Below are positions 49,344-57,858 of a stretch of DNA of 64,000 nt, piece after piece. The position numbers were made by a program, and so were the translations under genes. The notes beneath the pieces were generated by a model that saw nothing but the letters and a program-made list of their open reading frames with translations, was not told the origin of the DNA and searched no databases. The stretch's first letter is position 1; each line of letters opens with the position of its first letter. Source of the stretch: Candidatus Sulfomarinibacteraceae bacterium (GTDB taxonomy: Bacteria > Acidobacteriota > Thermoanaerobaculia > Thermoanaerobaculales > Sulfomarinibacteraceae); assembly GCA_963796455.1 (NCBI GenBank), contig CAWCLO010000001.1:512001-576000 (forward strand). Direction: 5' to 3'.

Positions 49344-50128
49344 AGTGACCAGCGCCAGCGACAGGGAACAGCGGTCAGCGATCAACGGCCGGGGCAGCGA
49401 CTGCAATCACATCTTCGGGTTCAACAGCCGCCAGGTCATCGCACGAACCTGATCGAAGGCGTTCATCCCGTCACGGGCGGCTGTCGCCCTGATCGCCCCG
49501 GCGTGCACGAGGAGCTTCAAGTGGCTGTCGACTTCTTTGGCCGATGCGTAGGCGATTCTCCAGTGATTCGATCGGTCTCTTCCGAACCGGCCGTGCCCTT
49601 CTGCCAGGTTCGCAGGGACTGAACTTGCCGAACGGATTACCTGATCGGCTATGGACTTCAGCGGCGATGGAACCCTCATTACAAGCTTGATCGCGATTCC
49701 TGCTGCTTCGAGGGCTTTCGAGTGGGCGACGAGGTTGGTGTTCGTGGCGGCTGAGGACATGGTCACCTCCGGGTCGTTCATGCCCATTCCCACAAGCCGG
49801 TGTGGTGGCCGATGTCAAGGATGCCCTGCACCCTGCCTGTCCTCGACATCGGCCGCCCACCGGCTACCCCTTCTTTTGAACGACCCGGAGGCGGCCACAT
49901 CGTCGCCTGTACTCCTGATCGCTGCCGCAGTCCTCTGTCGCTGTTCCCTGACGCTGTTGCCTGTCGCTGACGCTGGACACTGACGCTGGACACTGCCGCT
50001 GCCGCTGCATTTCGGCCACAGACGCGGACACGGGCACGGGCAACCGCGAACCGAATATTCTAAAAACCAACCCGTAAAGCACGTATTGTCAGGTGGGTAA
50101 CTTCACGACAATCTGTTTTGGACAACAG
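49344..50128 (-). mobile_element. Element A copy 4, gene-bearing copy (four-helix-bundle cargo)
   Basis: Same terminus (GTTTTGGACAACAG) and internal motifs as copies 1-3; CAGCG arm at 49344-49400 and CGCTG arm at 49910-50010 enclose the ORF. Confidence 0.78.
49407..49760 (-). CDS. Four helix bundle protein (23S rRNA IVP / TIGR02436-like, Avd-like fold)
   Basis: DQVIRSASSVPANLAEGHGR...HWRIAYASAKEV signature; GGAGGTGACC SD directly before ATG 49760. Confidence 0.88.
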   Translation of the reverse strand: MSSAATNTNLVAHSKALEAAGIAIKLVMRVPSPLKSIADQVIRSASSVPANLAEGHGRFGRDRSNHWRIAYASAKEVDSHLKLLVHAGAIRATAARDGMNAFDQVRAMTWRLLNPKM

Positions 50129-50151
50129 ATATCCTGCATCCTGGATCCTGC

Positions 50152-50892
50152 CTACCCCGCCATGACTCCGCCATCCACCGGAATCACCGTGCCCGTCATC
50201 CACGACGAGTTGCTCGACAGCAGGAAACTGATCATCAATGCCACATCTGACGGCCGGCCGACCCGGCCCATCGGGTGGAACGCACTCATCTCGGCAACCT
50301 GCTCCGGGGTCATGCCGCGCCCCGCGTGAATGGGGGTGTCGATCACCGCCGGCATCACCGCATTGACCCGGATCTCGGGCGCCCATTCGAGGGCCAGGGA
50401 ACGGGTCAGCTGGTTGAGTGCGGCCTTCGAGGCGTTGTAGGCGGCCATCCCGGGTATCGCCTTTTCGGCAAGGGTCGAGGACACATTGACCACCGCCGGT
50501 GAAGAGCCCTTTCCGAGGAGGCCTGCAAGCTCACGACAAAGCAGGAAGGGGCCTCGAACATTGATAGCAAAGGTCTCGTCCCAGAGTTCGTCGGTGCTCT
50601 CCAGGAGGGAGGCCATTGGGGCGACGCCGGCGTTGTTGACCAGACCATCAACTGCTCCCCAATGGGACCCGGCCTTTTCGGCGACCGCACGAACGGCCCC
50701 TGCATCCGACACATCGCACGACCATCCGACCGCCTTTTCGCCAAGTTCGGCAACGGCGGTCTGCAGGGATTCTGCCCTTCGACCGAGGAGTGCAACCTCG
50801 GCCCCCTCCGAAACCAGAATTCTCGCCGTTTCCAGGCCGATCCCGGATCCGCCACCCGAAATAACGATCCGTTTGTCGCGTAGTCCAAACAT
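50152..50892 (-). CDS. SDR family oxidoreductase
   Basis: SGGGSGIG, NNAG, YNASK, VDGG. Confidence 0.92.
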   Translation of the reverse strand: MFGLRDKRIVISGGGSGIGLETARILVSEGAEVALLGRRAESLQTAVAELGEKAVGWSCDVSDAGAVRAVAEKAGSHWGAVDGLVNNAGVAPMASLLESTDELWDETFAINVRGPFLLCRELAGLLGKGSSPAVVNVSSTLAEKAIPGMAAYNASKAALNQLTRSLALEWAPEIRVNAVMPAVIDTPIHAGRGMTPEQVAEMSAFHPMGRVGRPSDVALMISFLLSSNSSWMTGTVIPVDGGVMAG

Positions 50893-50958
50893 GTGCTTCT
50901 CCCCATCCGGTTATTTGTCACAGGCCAGTCTCGACGGCGCGGCTATTATGGACATACG

Positions 50959-51225
50959 ATGAACGACCATCCTTCACCCCATGTTGAGCACCGCCGCCTC
51001 GTACAACAGATCGTCGACGGGGGCATTCCAACCGGCAAGGACTTCGATGCCTGTCGCGAAATACTCCGAACCGACAGCGACGATGATGCCGTTTTCCAGG
51101 CGCTCTTCACGCTCCTTCAGGGCGCCCTGGCAGACCCGTTCTTCGGTATCGAAGACACCCGAAGGGTGGTGCCAGTGCTGAAGGCCCTTGCCCGCGGCGA
51201 AGTGACTCCCGGGAAGCTCATGTGA
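50959..51225 (+). CDS. Small hypothetical protein
   Basis: 88-aa helical-looking ORF whose stop overlaps the next start. Confidence 0.55.
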   Translation: MNDHPSPHVEHRRLVQQIVDGGIPTGKDFDACREILRTDSDDDAVFQALFTLLQGALADPFFGIEDTRRVVPVLKALARGEVTPGKLM

Positions 51226-53252
51226 CAACCGCCTGGTCACTTTTCTCGCTCGCGGTACCGCCGGTCGCCGCGGTCCTGTCGGCCGTCTTTCTCCGGCCGA
51301 AGAAACCCGGGCCGGAGATCGTCATTGCCCTGAACACTCTGGTCCCCGGTTCCGGGCTCGCGGCCGGCGGCCGGCCAACCGTCGAGGTCGTCCTCGGCGT
51401 TCTCTTTGCAGTGGTCAGTCTGGTTTTGGCCGGCGGCGTCAACAACGCCGGAATGTTAGTCCCCAGCATGCTGGTCGGAGGCTTGTGGGCCTCGTTCCAT
51501 ACCCCGCTCAACCCATTCAAAATGCTTGCCGAAGCCGATCGGAGAAAGACCGAAGCTCGCTGGCAAAAAAACCGATCCGGCGAACAACCGGTGGTTGCGA
51601 CTGCAAAGGCGAAGCTCGCAATCGATACCAGCGGCAGCGACGAAGACGAAACGGTCGTCGAGAACCACTACTGCGTCGAGGTCCGGTGTACCGAATGCGG
51701 TGCCGCCCTGCCGGTTCCCGTCCTCCACCACATGGCCCACTGTTCGTTTTGCAGCAGCGACCACTTGGTCGTCGGTCACGAAGAAACTCTCTTCGTCACC
51801 CTGCCCGAACGAATCTATGATGCAAACGTTCTCCGTGAAGCGGTCCTCGACCACTATCGATACCAGCACTATCTCAAGCTCTACCACCGGACCGTTGCGC
51901 CGCTGGCGCGCCAGACGACAGACGCCAGTCCCACCGGGGCTCTGATTGATCGTGGTGAATTCGACGTCGCAGCGGCGGCGGCCGAGGTTGCGGTTTCGCG
52001 CAAGGCGGATGCTTACCGGACAAAACTGGCGGAGAGCCTCCTGGTTGGCAAGACATTCCACTTCCTGACGCCATACCGCCACGGCATGGGCACGCTCTAT
52101 CAGGCCTCGTTTGGGCGATCAACCAGAGACCACGAGAAGCTCCTGCGTTTCGATGTGGGGACAATCGAGGCGGCCGTCGGAGCCTCGAACCAGGTGGACC
52201 TCCCTCCGATGGGCAAGCTCTCCTACCTCCGGGCACTCCATCCCGCGGTCAATTGCGCCGAGGGTCTTCAAACCCTACCGATCGAGGGAGACGACGAGGA
52301 TCTCCATCGCGCCTTCGGAGATCTCGACCGAAAACGACTGGTGCGGGACATCCAGATCATCCGTCTCGGATCCAGATTTACCCGCGAGGTCACAGCAATC
52401 GTGTGGCGACCGTGGTGGATCGCCGAAGTCCGCGGCCCCGAAATCGACGAGACGGTGCTTCTCGACAGCGCGTCAGGCTCGGTGGTCGGCCCAGCGCCCA
52501 TATTCGATCCGGAGATCCTCGTTGATCTTCCCCAAACCGCACGGGACCCGGGCACCGGTCTTCGCTTCGTGCCGATGGAGTGCCCGACCTGCGGCCACGA
52601 ATTTCAATTCGACCCGGATGCAGTGCTTCATTTCTGTCACAACTGTCACCGCGTGTGCGGGGTGAACAATGGCCGCAAAGAGCACGTCGAATACGGTCAC
52701 ATTCCGCTTCCGGACGAGTCCGGATGGGATTTGATCCCGTTTTGGAGGTTTCCGCTCCGGCTTCGCACCGGTGGCGGCGAATTCATCACCGACCTGATGC
52801 GGCTCAAGGACGGTATCGACGGCGTCTTTGACCAGATCGGCGACGACGCCCCTGATCGACAGCACCTTTTCTACGTGCCCGCCATTCGCTGCATCAATCC
52901 ACGCCTGATGGCCAACGCCTTCAACCGGCTTTTTCTCTACGCCATCCGCAACCGCCCGCCAAAGGTCATGAAGAGGTTCGAGCTCGACGATCACCCGCAG
53001 CCCTGGACGGTCAGCCTGGCCGAGAACGAGGCCCGAAATCTCGCCCCGCTCTACCTCGCAAACGTATTCAGTCGCAGGGACATCGCCAAGGTCAACATCC
53101 ACCAGGTCGCGTCTTGGCTCTTCGAAGCCTCGCAGGAAGCGGAAGGACACCTGATGTACGTCCCGGTGCCTCAGCCGGTGACCGAGCCCTTTCGGCGCCA
53201 CGTCGGGCGTTTCCGCGATGACGCAGTCCACCATGTCACGGGAAAGGCTTGA
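51222..53252 (+). CDS. Membrane-anchored hypothetical protein with two zinc-ribbon modules
   Basis: N-terminal TMs; CTECG...CSFC and CPTCG...CHNC. Confidence 0.75.
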   Translation: MTTAWSLFSLAVPPVAAVLSAVFLRPKKPGPEIVIALNTLVPGSGLAAGGRPTVEVVLGVLFAVVSLVLAGGVNNAGMLVPSMLVGGLWASFHTPLNPFKMLAEADRRKTEARWQKNRSGEQPVVATAKAKLAIDTSGSDEDETVVENHYCVEVRCTECGAALPVPVLHHMAHCSFCSSDHLVVGHEETLFVTLPERIYDANVLREAVLDHYRYQHYLKLYHRTVAPLARQTTDASPTGALIDRGEFDVAAAAAEVAVSRKADAYRTKLAESLLVGKTFHFLTPYRHGMGTLYQASFGRSTRDHEKLLRFDVGTIEAAVGASNQVDLPPMGKLSYLRALHPAVNCAEGLQTLPIEGDDEDLHRAFGDLDRKRLVRDIQIIRLGSRFTREVTAIVWRPWWIAEVRGPEIDETVLLDSASGSVVGPAPIFDPEILVDLPQTARDPGTGLRFVPMECPTCGHEFQFDPDAVLHFCHNCHRVCGVNNGRKEHVEYGHIPLPDESGWDLIPFWRFPLRLRTGGGEFITDLMRLKDGIDGVFDQIGDDAPDRQHLFYVPAIRCINPRLMANAFNRLFLYAIRNRPPKVMKRFELDDHPQPWTVSLAENEARNLAPLYLANVFSRRDIAKVNIHQVASWLFEASQEAEGHLMYVPVPQPVTEPFRRHVGRFRDDAVHHVTGKA

Positions 53253-53273
53253 GTTTCGAGTTCCGGCCACTCA

Positions 53274-53564
53274 CATCTCACAACCGCAGATCACGCAGAT
53301 GGACGCAGATTGTCGGCCCGTCAATTGAATAGCATCGGTGTATCCGAAACCGCATTCTTGCTTGGAAGGGGTTGAAAACGCAAAGACGCAAAGACGCAAA
53401 GACGACGCTAATTTTTGAGTTCGGTTCGATCGAAATGTCTGCGTTCTGCGCGTCTTCGCAGTTCCAAAACCGACAATTCTCGTTCGAGAATCGATCGGCG
53501 CTCCGTCGTTCAGGGCCCGGTTCCGCTAATCTGCGGCCATCTGCGTGATCTGCGGTTTCTCCGT
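53274..53564 (+). mobile_element. Element C copy 1 (MITE-like, CGCAGAT termini, nested CGCAAAGA repeats)
   Basis: AACCGCAGATCACGCAGAT ... ATCTGCGTGATCTGCGGTT; collinear with the reverse complement of 54962-55232. Confidence 0.8.
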
Positions 53565-53737
53565 TTCGTATACCCCGGGCAGTCTGCCGACAAGGTCACA
53601 GGCTTCAGGAAACAGGTCTGAGGCCTCGAGCCCGTGAGAGACGGGTACAAGCCCCAGGTCCCAAGCGCCAAGCCTTTCCCGCTTGAGAGGGGCTCCAGGC
53701 TCGGCTATCCTTACGGTCGACAAACAACGGAGGACAC

Positions 53738-54166
53738 ATGGCAGCCGAAATCTTCACCGATGACTGGGCACAGCTCTGGAACGACAGCATCAACTCCAAC
53801 GAGGAGTACAAGAAGGCCGCCACCAAGTGGGAGGGGGCCATCGGCATGGTGATGACCGCCGACGCCGAGATGGGTATCAGCGAAGAACGCATCGTCATCG
53901 CGGACCTGTGGCACGGCGACTGTCGCAATGCCAAGGCCGCCGGCCACTCCGATCTCGAGGACACCCCATACCTGATCAAGGCCAACCCGGCGGCCTGGAA
54001 GAGCGTCCTCGCCGGCAAGACCGACCCCATCGTCGGTCTCATGGGCGGTAAACTCAAGCTCGCAAAGGGCAGCCTCTTTGCCTTACTGCCCTACGCCAAG
54101 GCCGCTAAGGAACTCGTTCAATCGGCGATTTCGGTCGATACGTCCTACCCGGACGGCTGGGACTGA
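53738..54166 (+). CDS. SCP2 sterol/lipid-binding domain protein
   Basis: FTDDW, YKKAATKWEG, DPIVGLMGGKLKLAKG; GGAGG SD. Confidence 0.82.
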   Translation: MAAEIFTDDWAQLWNDSINSNEEYKKAATKWEGAIGMVMTADAEMGISEERIVIADLWHGDCRNAKAAGHSDLEDTPYLIKANPAAWKSVLAGKTDPIVGLMGGKLKLAKGSLFALLPYAKAAKELVQSAISVDTSYPDGWD

Positions 54167-54283
54167 ACGATCTGTTTGCCGCGAAGCGGCAAGGCCTAGA
54201 CCTTCAAAAAGCCTGAATTTCAGGAATGTTTCCCACTCGAGAGAATTAATAATCCTCTATCTATCAATGGTTTATGAAATTTA

Positions 54284-54357
54284 TGCCGCAAAGCGGCAAA
54301 AAACCCTTGACACTCATGCCGCAGCGCGTTACATTCTCTCTATGCCGCAAAGCGGCA
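54284..54357 (+). promoter_or_regulatory. sigma70 promoter of phasin gene bracketed by TGCCGC-AAA-GCGGCA palindromes
   Basis: TTGACA (54307)-17bp-TACATT (54330); palindromes at 54284-54298 and 54343-54357. Confidence 0.8.
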
Positions 54358-54412
54358 AAATACTTCGAAACGGCACACGGCTACGACGCCGACTCACGCC
54401 AAGGAGGCAGAA

Positions 54413-54886
54413 ATGACCGCAAAAAAGAAAAGCAATGTGATCAAAGACGACATCATGGATTCGGCCCACAAGGTGTGGCTCGCCGGTCTCGGCGCTGTCG
54501 CCATGGCTGAGCAAGAGGGCGGCAAGTTCTTCTCCAACCTCGTAAAAAAGGGTGAGAAGCTCGAGGACAAAAGCAAGGACAAAGTTGAAGACAAGGTCGA
54601 GCAGGCGAAGGGCACCGTGTTGGGTATGAAGACCGTCGCGGAGAGCTATTGGGAAACCTTTGGCCGAACCATCGACGACCAGGTCACTGCGGTGATCCAC
54701 CGCATCGGCGTACCGACAAAGGACGAGATCAGCACCCTGACCAAAAAGGTCGAGGAGCTCACCGTTGCCGTCGACAAACTCCGCACCAAGGGGGCCACCA
54801 AGCCACCCGCCGCCGCGAAAAAGCCCGCCGCGAAAAAAGCACCCGCCAAGAAGGCACCCGCCAAGACAGCGCCGGTAGCGAAATAA
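54413..54886 (+). CDS. Phasin / polyhydroxyalkanoate granule-associated protein (PhaF/PhaI-like) with AKKP-rich tail
   Basis: SAHKVWLAGLGA...GGKFFSNLVKKGE, IGVPTKDEI..L..KVEEL; KKPAAKKAPAKK tail. Confidence 0.85.
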   Translation: MTAKKKSNVIKDDIMDSAHKVWLAGLGAVAMAEQEGGKFFSNLVKKGEKLEDKSKDKVEDKVEQAKGTVLGMKTVAESYWETFGRTIDDQVTAVIHRIGVPTKDEISTLTKKVEELTVAVDKLRTKGATKPPAAAKKPAAKKAPAKKAPAKTAPVAK

Positions 54887-54910
54887 GCGCGAACCAAATA
54901 CAACCACCAC

Positions 54911-54940
54911 AACGGCGCCGCGAATGCGGCGCCGTTTTTT
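54911..54940 (+). terminator. Intrinsic terminator after phasin
   Basis: AACGGCGCCGC/GCGGCGCCGTT stem + T run. Confidence 0.8.
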
Positions 54941-54961
54941 CCTGCCTGCAGGTTGCACGAC

Positions 54962-55232
54962 ACGGGGAAACCGCAGATCACGCAGATGACCGCAGATACC
55001 GGAACCGTAGCTTGAACGAAGGACCGGAGATCGACTCTCAAACGGTCATTGTCGATGTGGAACCGCGAAGACGCGAAGTCCGCAACGATTTCTTACAAAC
55101 CGGAATCGAAAAACTTTGCGTCTTTGCGTTTTCAACCCCTGCAAGCAAGAAGGCGGTTTCCGATTCACCGATACCGTTCAATTGACGGCCCGACAATCTG
55201 CGCCCATCTGCGTTATCTGCAGTTGTGAGATG
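54962..55232 (-). mobile_element. Element C copy 2, inverted relative to copy 1
   Basis: Reverse complement aligns over its full length with 53274-53564. Confidence 0.8.
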
Positions 55233-55331
55233 CGGGCGGGCGGTTCGCCGTCAAGCCTGGACTCCGACCATCCAGGCCTCCCCGACGTAGATTTCGTTGC
55301 GATCCCGTAAGCAGTCGGATACGCTCGATTG

Positions 55332-56048
55332 ATGAGTGAACGAATTGCTGTCGTCGAAGACGAAGAGAACATCCGCGACAACGTGGCCTTTGCCCTCGAG
55401 CGCGAGGGCTACCGGGTGGAGACGTACGGCGACGGAGCGGCAGCGTGGGAGGCCTTTCAGCAGGATCTTCCCGAACTCCTGATCCTCGACATCATCATGC
55501 CCCGACTGGATGGCCTCGAGCTCTGTCGAAAAGTCCGGACGATCTCGGAGAATGTGCCGATCATTTTTCTGACCTCACGGGACGAAGAATTTGATCGGGT
55601 GCTGGGGCTCGAACTCGGTGCCGATGACTATCTCTGCAAACCGTTTTCGATGCGGGAACTTCTGGCTCGAATCAAAGTCCTTTTTCGCCGGATCGCTCTC
55701 GGTAGGGTAGCTGCCGCCGGGCCCGAAGAGGAGCTTCTGCGAATTGGACGCCTCGAACTCGATCTCCGGCGTTATACCGCACGCTGGAACGAAACCACAG
55801 TCGCCTTGACGGTGACCGAATTCATGATCCTGCACGCCCTGGTGCGCCGTCCGGGCCACGTCAAGACCCGAGAGCAGCTGATGAACGAGGGCTACCCTCA
55901 CGACACCTATGTGTCGGACCGGACGATCGACTCGCACATCAAGCGTATCCGAAAGAAGTTCGCCGAGATCGATCAAAACTTCGACGGAGTGGAAACGGTG
56001 TATGGGCTCGGATACCGATACACCGAGGACTCAAACCCGGGTTCATGA
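55332..56048 (+). CDS. OmpR-family response regulator (ChvI-like)
   Basis: VVEDE, LDIIMP, GADDYLCKPF, DRTIDSHIKRIRKKF, TVYGLGY. Confidence 0.93.
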   Translation: MSERIAVVEDEENIRDNVAFALEREGYRVETYGDGAAAWEAFQQDLPELLILDIIMPRLDGLELCRKVRTISENVPIIFLTSRDEEFDRVLGLELGADDYLCKPFSMRELLARIKVLFRRIALGRVAAAGPEEELLRIGRLELDLRRYTARWNETTVALTVTEFMILHALVRRPGHVKTREQLMNEGYPHDTYVSDRTIDSHIKRIRKKFAEIDQNFDGVETVYGLGYRYTEDSNPGS

Positions 56049-57607
56049 AGCTCAAACTTCCGTCCCGAATTTCCCTTCGTCTGCTCGCATTCAACGTTTT
56101 ATTGGTCTTTCTCCCGGTCGGAGGCGTGCTCTTTCTCGACACCTATGAACGCCACCTGCTGTCAGCCCAGGAACGCACCATGGCCCAGGAGGGACGGCTG
56201 CTCGCCGCGGCGATCGAAGCGCGCGACCAACTCGATCGAGATGACGCCCAACGAATCCTCATCCAACTGGATCAACGGCAACTGGCTCGGCTGCGGGTGG
56301 TCAATTCCAATGGCGTGGTGATCGCCGACTCCGCGCTGCTCGGCCCCAGACTCGAACCCGGGGATGAACTCGGTACAAATGCTTCGCCGGCATCGGTCAG
56401 CGAACGAAGCTTTCTCTACCGCCTCGGTTCCCTCCCATTCAGGCTTTTTCGCGGCCGGACCGACGACTCCACTGCGGACGATGAAACCGACTCCTCAGGA
56501 GATCTCCTGCAACGGTCCGAGATCCTCAACGCCCTCGAGGGCAGGTATGGTGCGGCCACCCGCATCAATCCCGGACCACGACGATCGGTGACGCTCCACA
56601 TCGCCATTCCGGTGCGCGTCGAAGGCGCGGTCGAGGGTGCCGTATTGGTTTCTCAATCGACCGGCCGTATTCTGCTGGCACTGGATGCCGTCCGTCTCGA
56701 CGTCTTCAAAGTCTTTCTCCTCAGCCTCGGCGCCGCGGTCATCTTGAGTCTGATTGCAGCAACGACGATCGCCCGTCCTCTCGCCAACCTGAGGCGTCGC
56801 GCCGGGGCCATCCTCGATCGAAGGGGGCGCCTGCGCGGTTCATTCACCACCAGCGTCAGGCGCGACGAGATCGGCGATCTGGAACGGGCACTGGCCGAGC
56901 TGACGCGACAACTCCAGGTGCACGTCCGATCGACCGAGGCCTTCGCCGCCGATGTCTCGCACGAATTCAAAAACCCTCTCGCCTCAATCCGAACTGCAAC
57001 CGACATGGCACTGGAGGATGTGGAACCCGGACAGCGCCGCCGCTTTCTCGAGATGATCCAAAAAGACGTGGCCCGCATGGAGCGGCTGCTCAACGAGGCC
57101 CGCGAGATTTCTCGGATCGATGCACACCTGGACGACGAAGAGACTGATGAGGTGATTCTCGACGAACTTCTGCCGGCGCTCGTCGAGAGCTTCCGGCTGC
57201 GAACAGCCGACGCGGATCTTCACTTCGACCTCGCGGTGGCCGACGCCGATATCGTGATCGATGCCTCGGCCGATCGACTGACCCAGGTCTTCGAGAATCT
57301 CATTGACAATGCCGTCAGCTTCTCTCCCCCGGGAGGGAGGGTCACGATCTCGCTGAACAGCAGCGGCAAAACAGCCGAAGTCACCATCGCCGATCAGGGA
57401 CCGGGGGTCCCGGATGAGCACCTGGATCGGATATTCAACCGTTTCTTCAGTTATCGCCCGGATGATGCCTCGAGATCCGGCCACACCGGCCTCGGTCTGG
57501 CTCTGGTCCGGGCGATCGTGGAGTCCTACGGAGGATCGGTATCGGTCGAGCCCAGGGGCGGCGGCGGGACAAAAATGGTGGTACTCCTGCCGACCGTCAA
57601 TTCCTGA
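56045..57607 (+). CDS. Sensor histidine kinase (ChvG-like)
   Basis: Two TMs, HAMP RRDEIGDL, DVSHEFKNPLASIR, DQGPGV, GLGLA. Confidence 0.92.
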   Translation: MKLKLPSRISLRLLAFNVLLVFLPVGGVLFLDTYERHLLSAQERTMAQEGRLLAAAIEARDQLDRDDAQRILIQLDQRQLARLRVVNSNGVVIADSALLGPRLEPGDELGTNASPASVSERSFLYRLGSLPFRLFRGRTDDSTADDETDSSGDLLQRSEILNALEGRYGAATRINPGPRRSVTLHIAIPVRVEGAVEGAVLVSQSTGRILLALDAVRLDVFKVFLLSLGAAVILSLIAATTIARPLANLRRRAGAILDRRGRLRGSFTTSVRRDEIGDLERALAELTRQLQVHVRSTEAFAADVSHEFKNPLASIRTATDMALEDVEPGQRRRFLEMIQKDVARMERLLNEAREISRIDAHLDDEETDEVILDELLPALVESFRLRTADADLHFDLAVADADIVIDASADRLTQVFENLIDNAVSFSPPGGRVTISLNSSGKTAEVTIADQGPGVPDEHLDRIFNRFFSYRPDDASRSGHTGLGLALVRAIVESYGGSVSVEPRGGGGTKMVVLLPTVNS

Positions 57608-57695
57608 AGACGCCCTGGTCAGCGGTGCACCGACTGCCTTTGGAAACTGCTGAACAGCCTCCCCGACGGCGACCCGGCGACCACAGCCAATGAGC

Positions 57696-57713
57696 TTGTG
57701 AAGATTTTTGCAA
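57696..57713. promoter_or_regulatory. Possible Rex operator upstream of pnt
   Basis: TTGTGAA-GATT-TTTGCAA vs consensus TTGTGAA-N4-TTCACAA (2 mismatches). Confidence 0.4.
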
Positions 57714-57858
57714 GAAGTCTTTAACTCGGTTAATGAAAGTGGTAGCATCCTGCGACGGTAATTGTCGGAAAGGGCTCCTCCCCAAACGACACACCTCAAT
57801 TTTGGAGCGTGGCCGCGGGCCACATAGGGTCCGGCCACGGAGGAAGGGACGGACGCCT

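Noticed and set aside
49407..49760. Diversity-generating retroelement suggested by the Avd-like fold
   Set aside because: No reverse transcriptase and no TR/VR pair with adenine-specific mismatches seen in the window
49290..50130. rRNA intervening sequence
   Set aside because: Flanks are tsaE and an SDR gene; no rRNA sequence present
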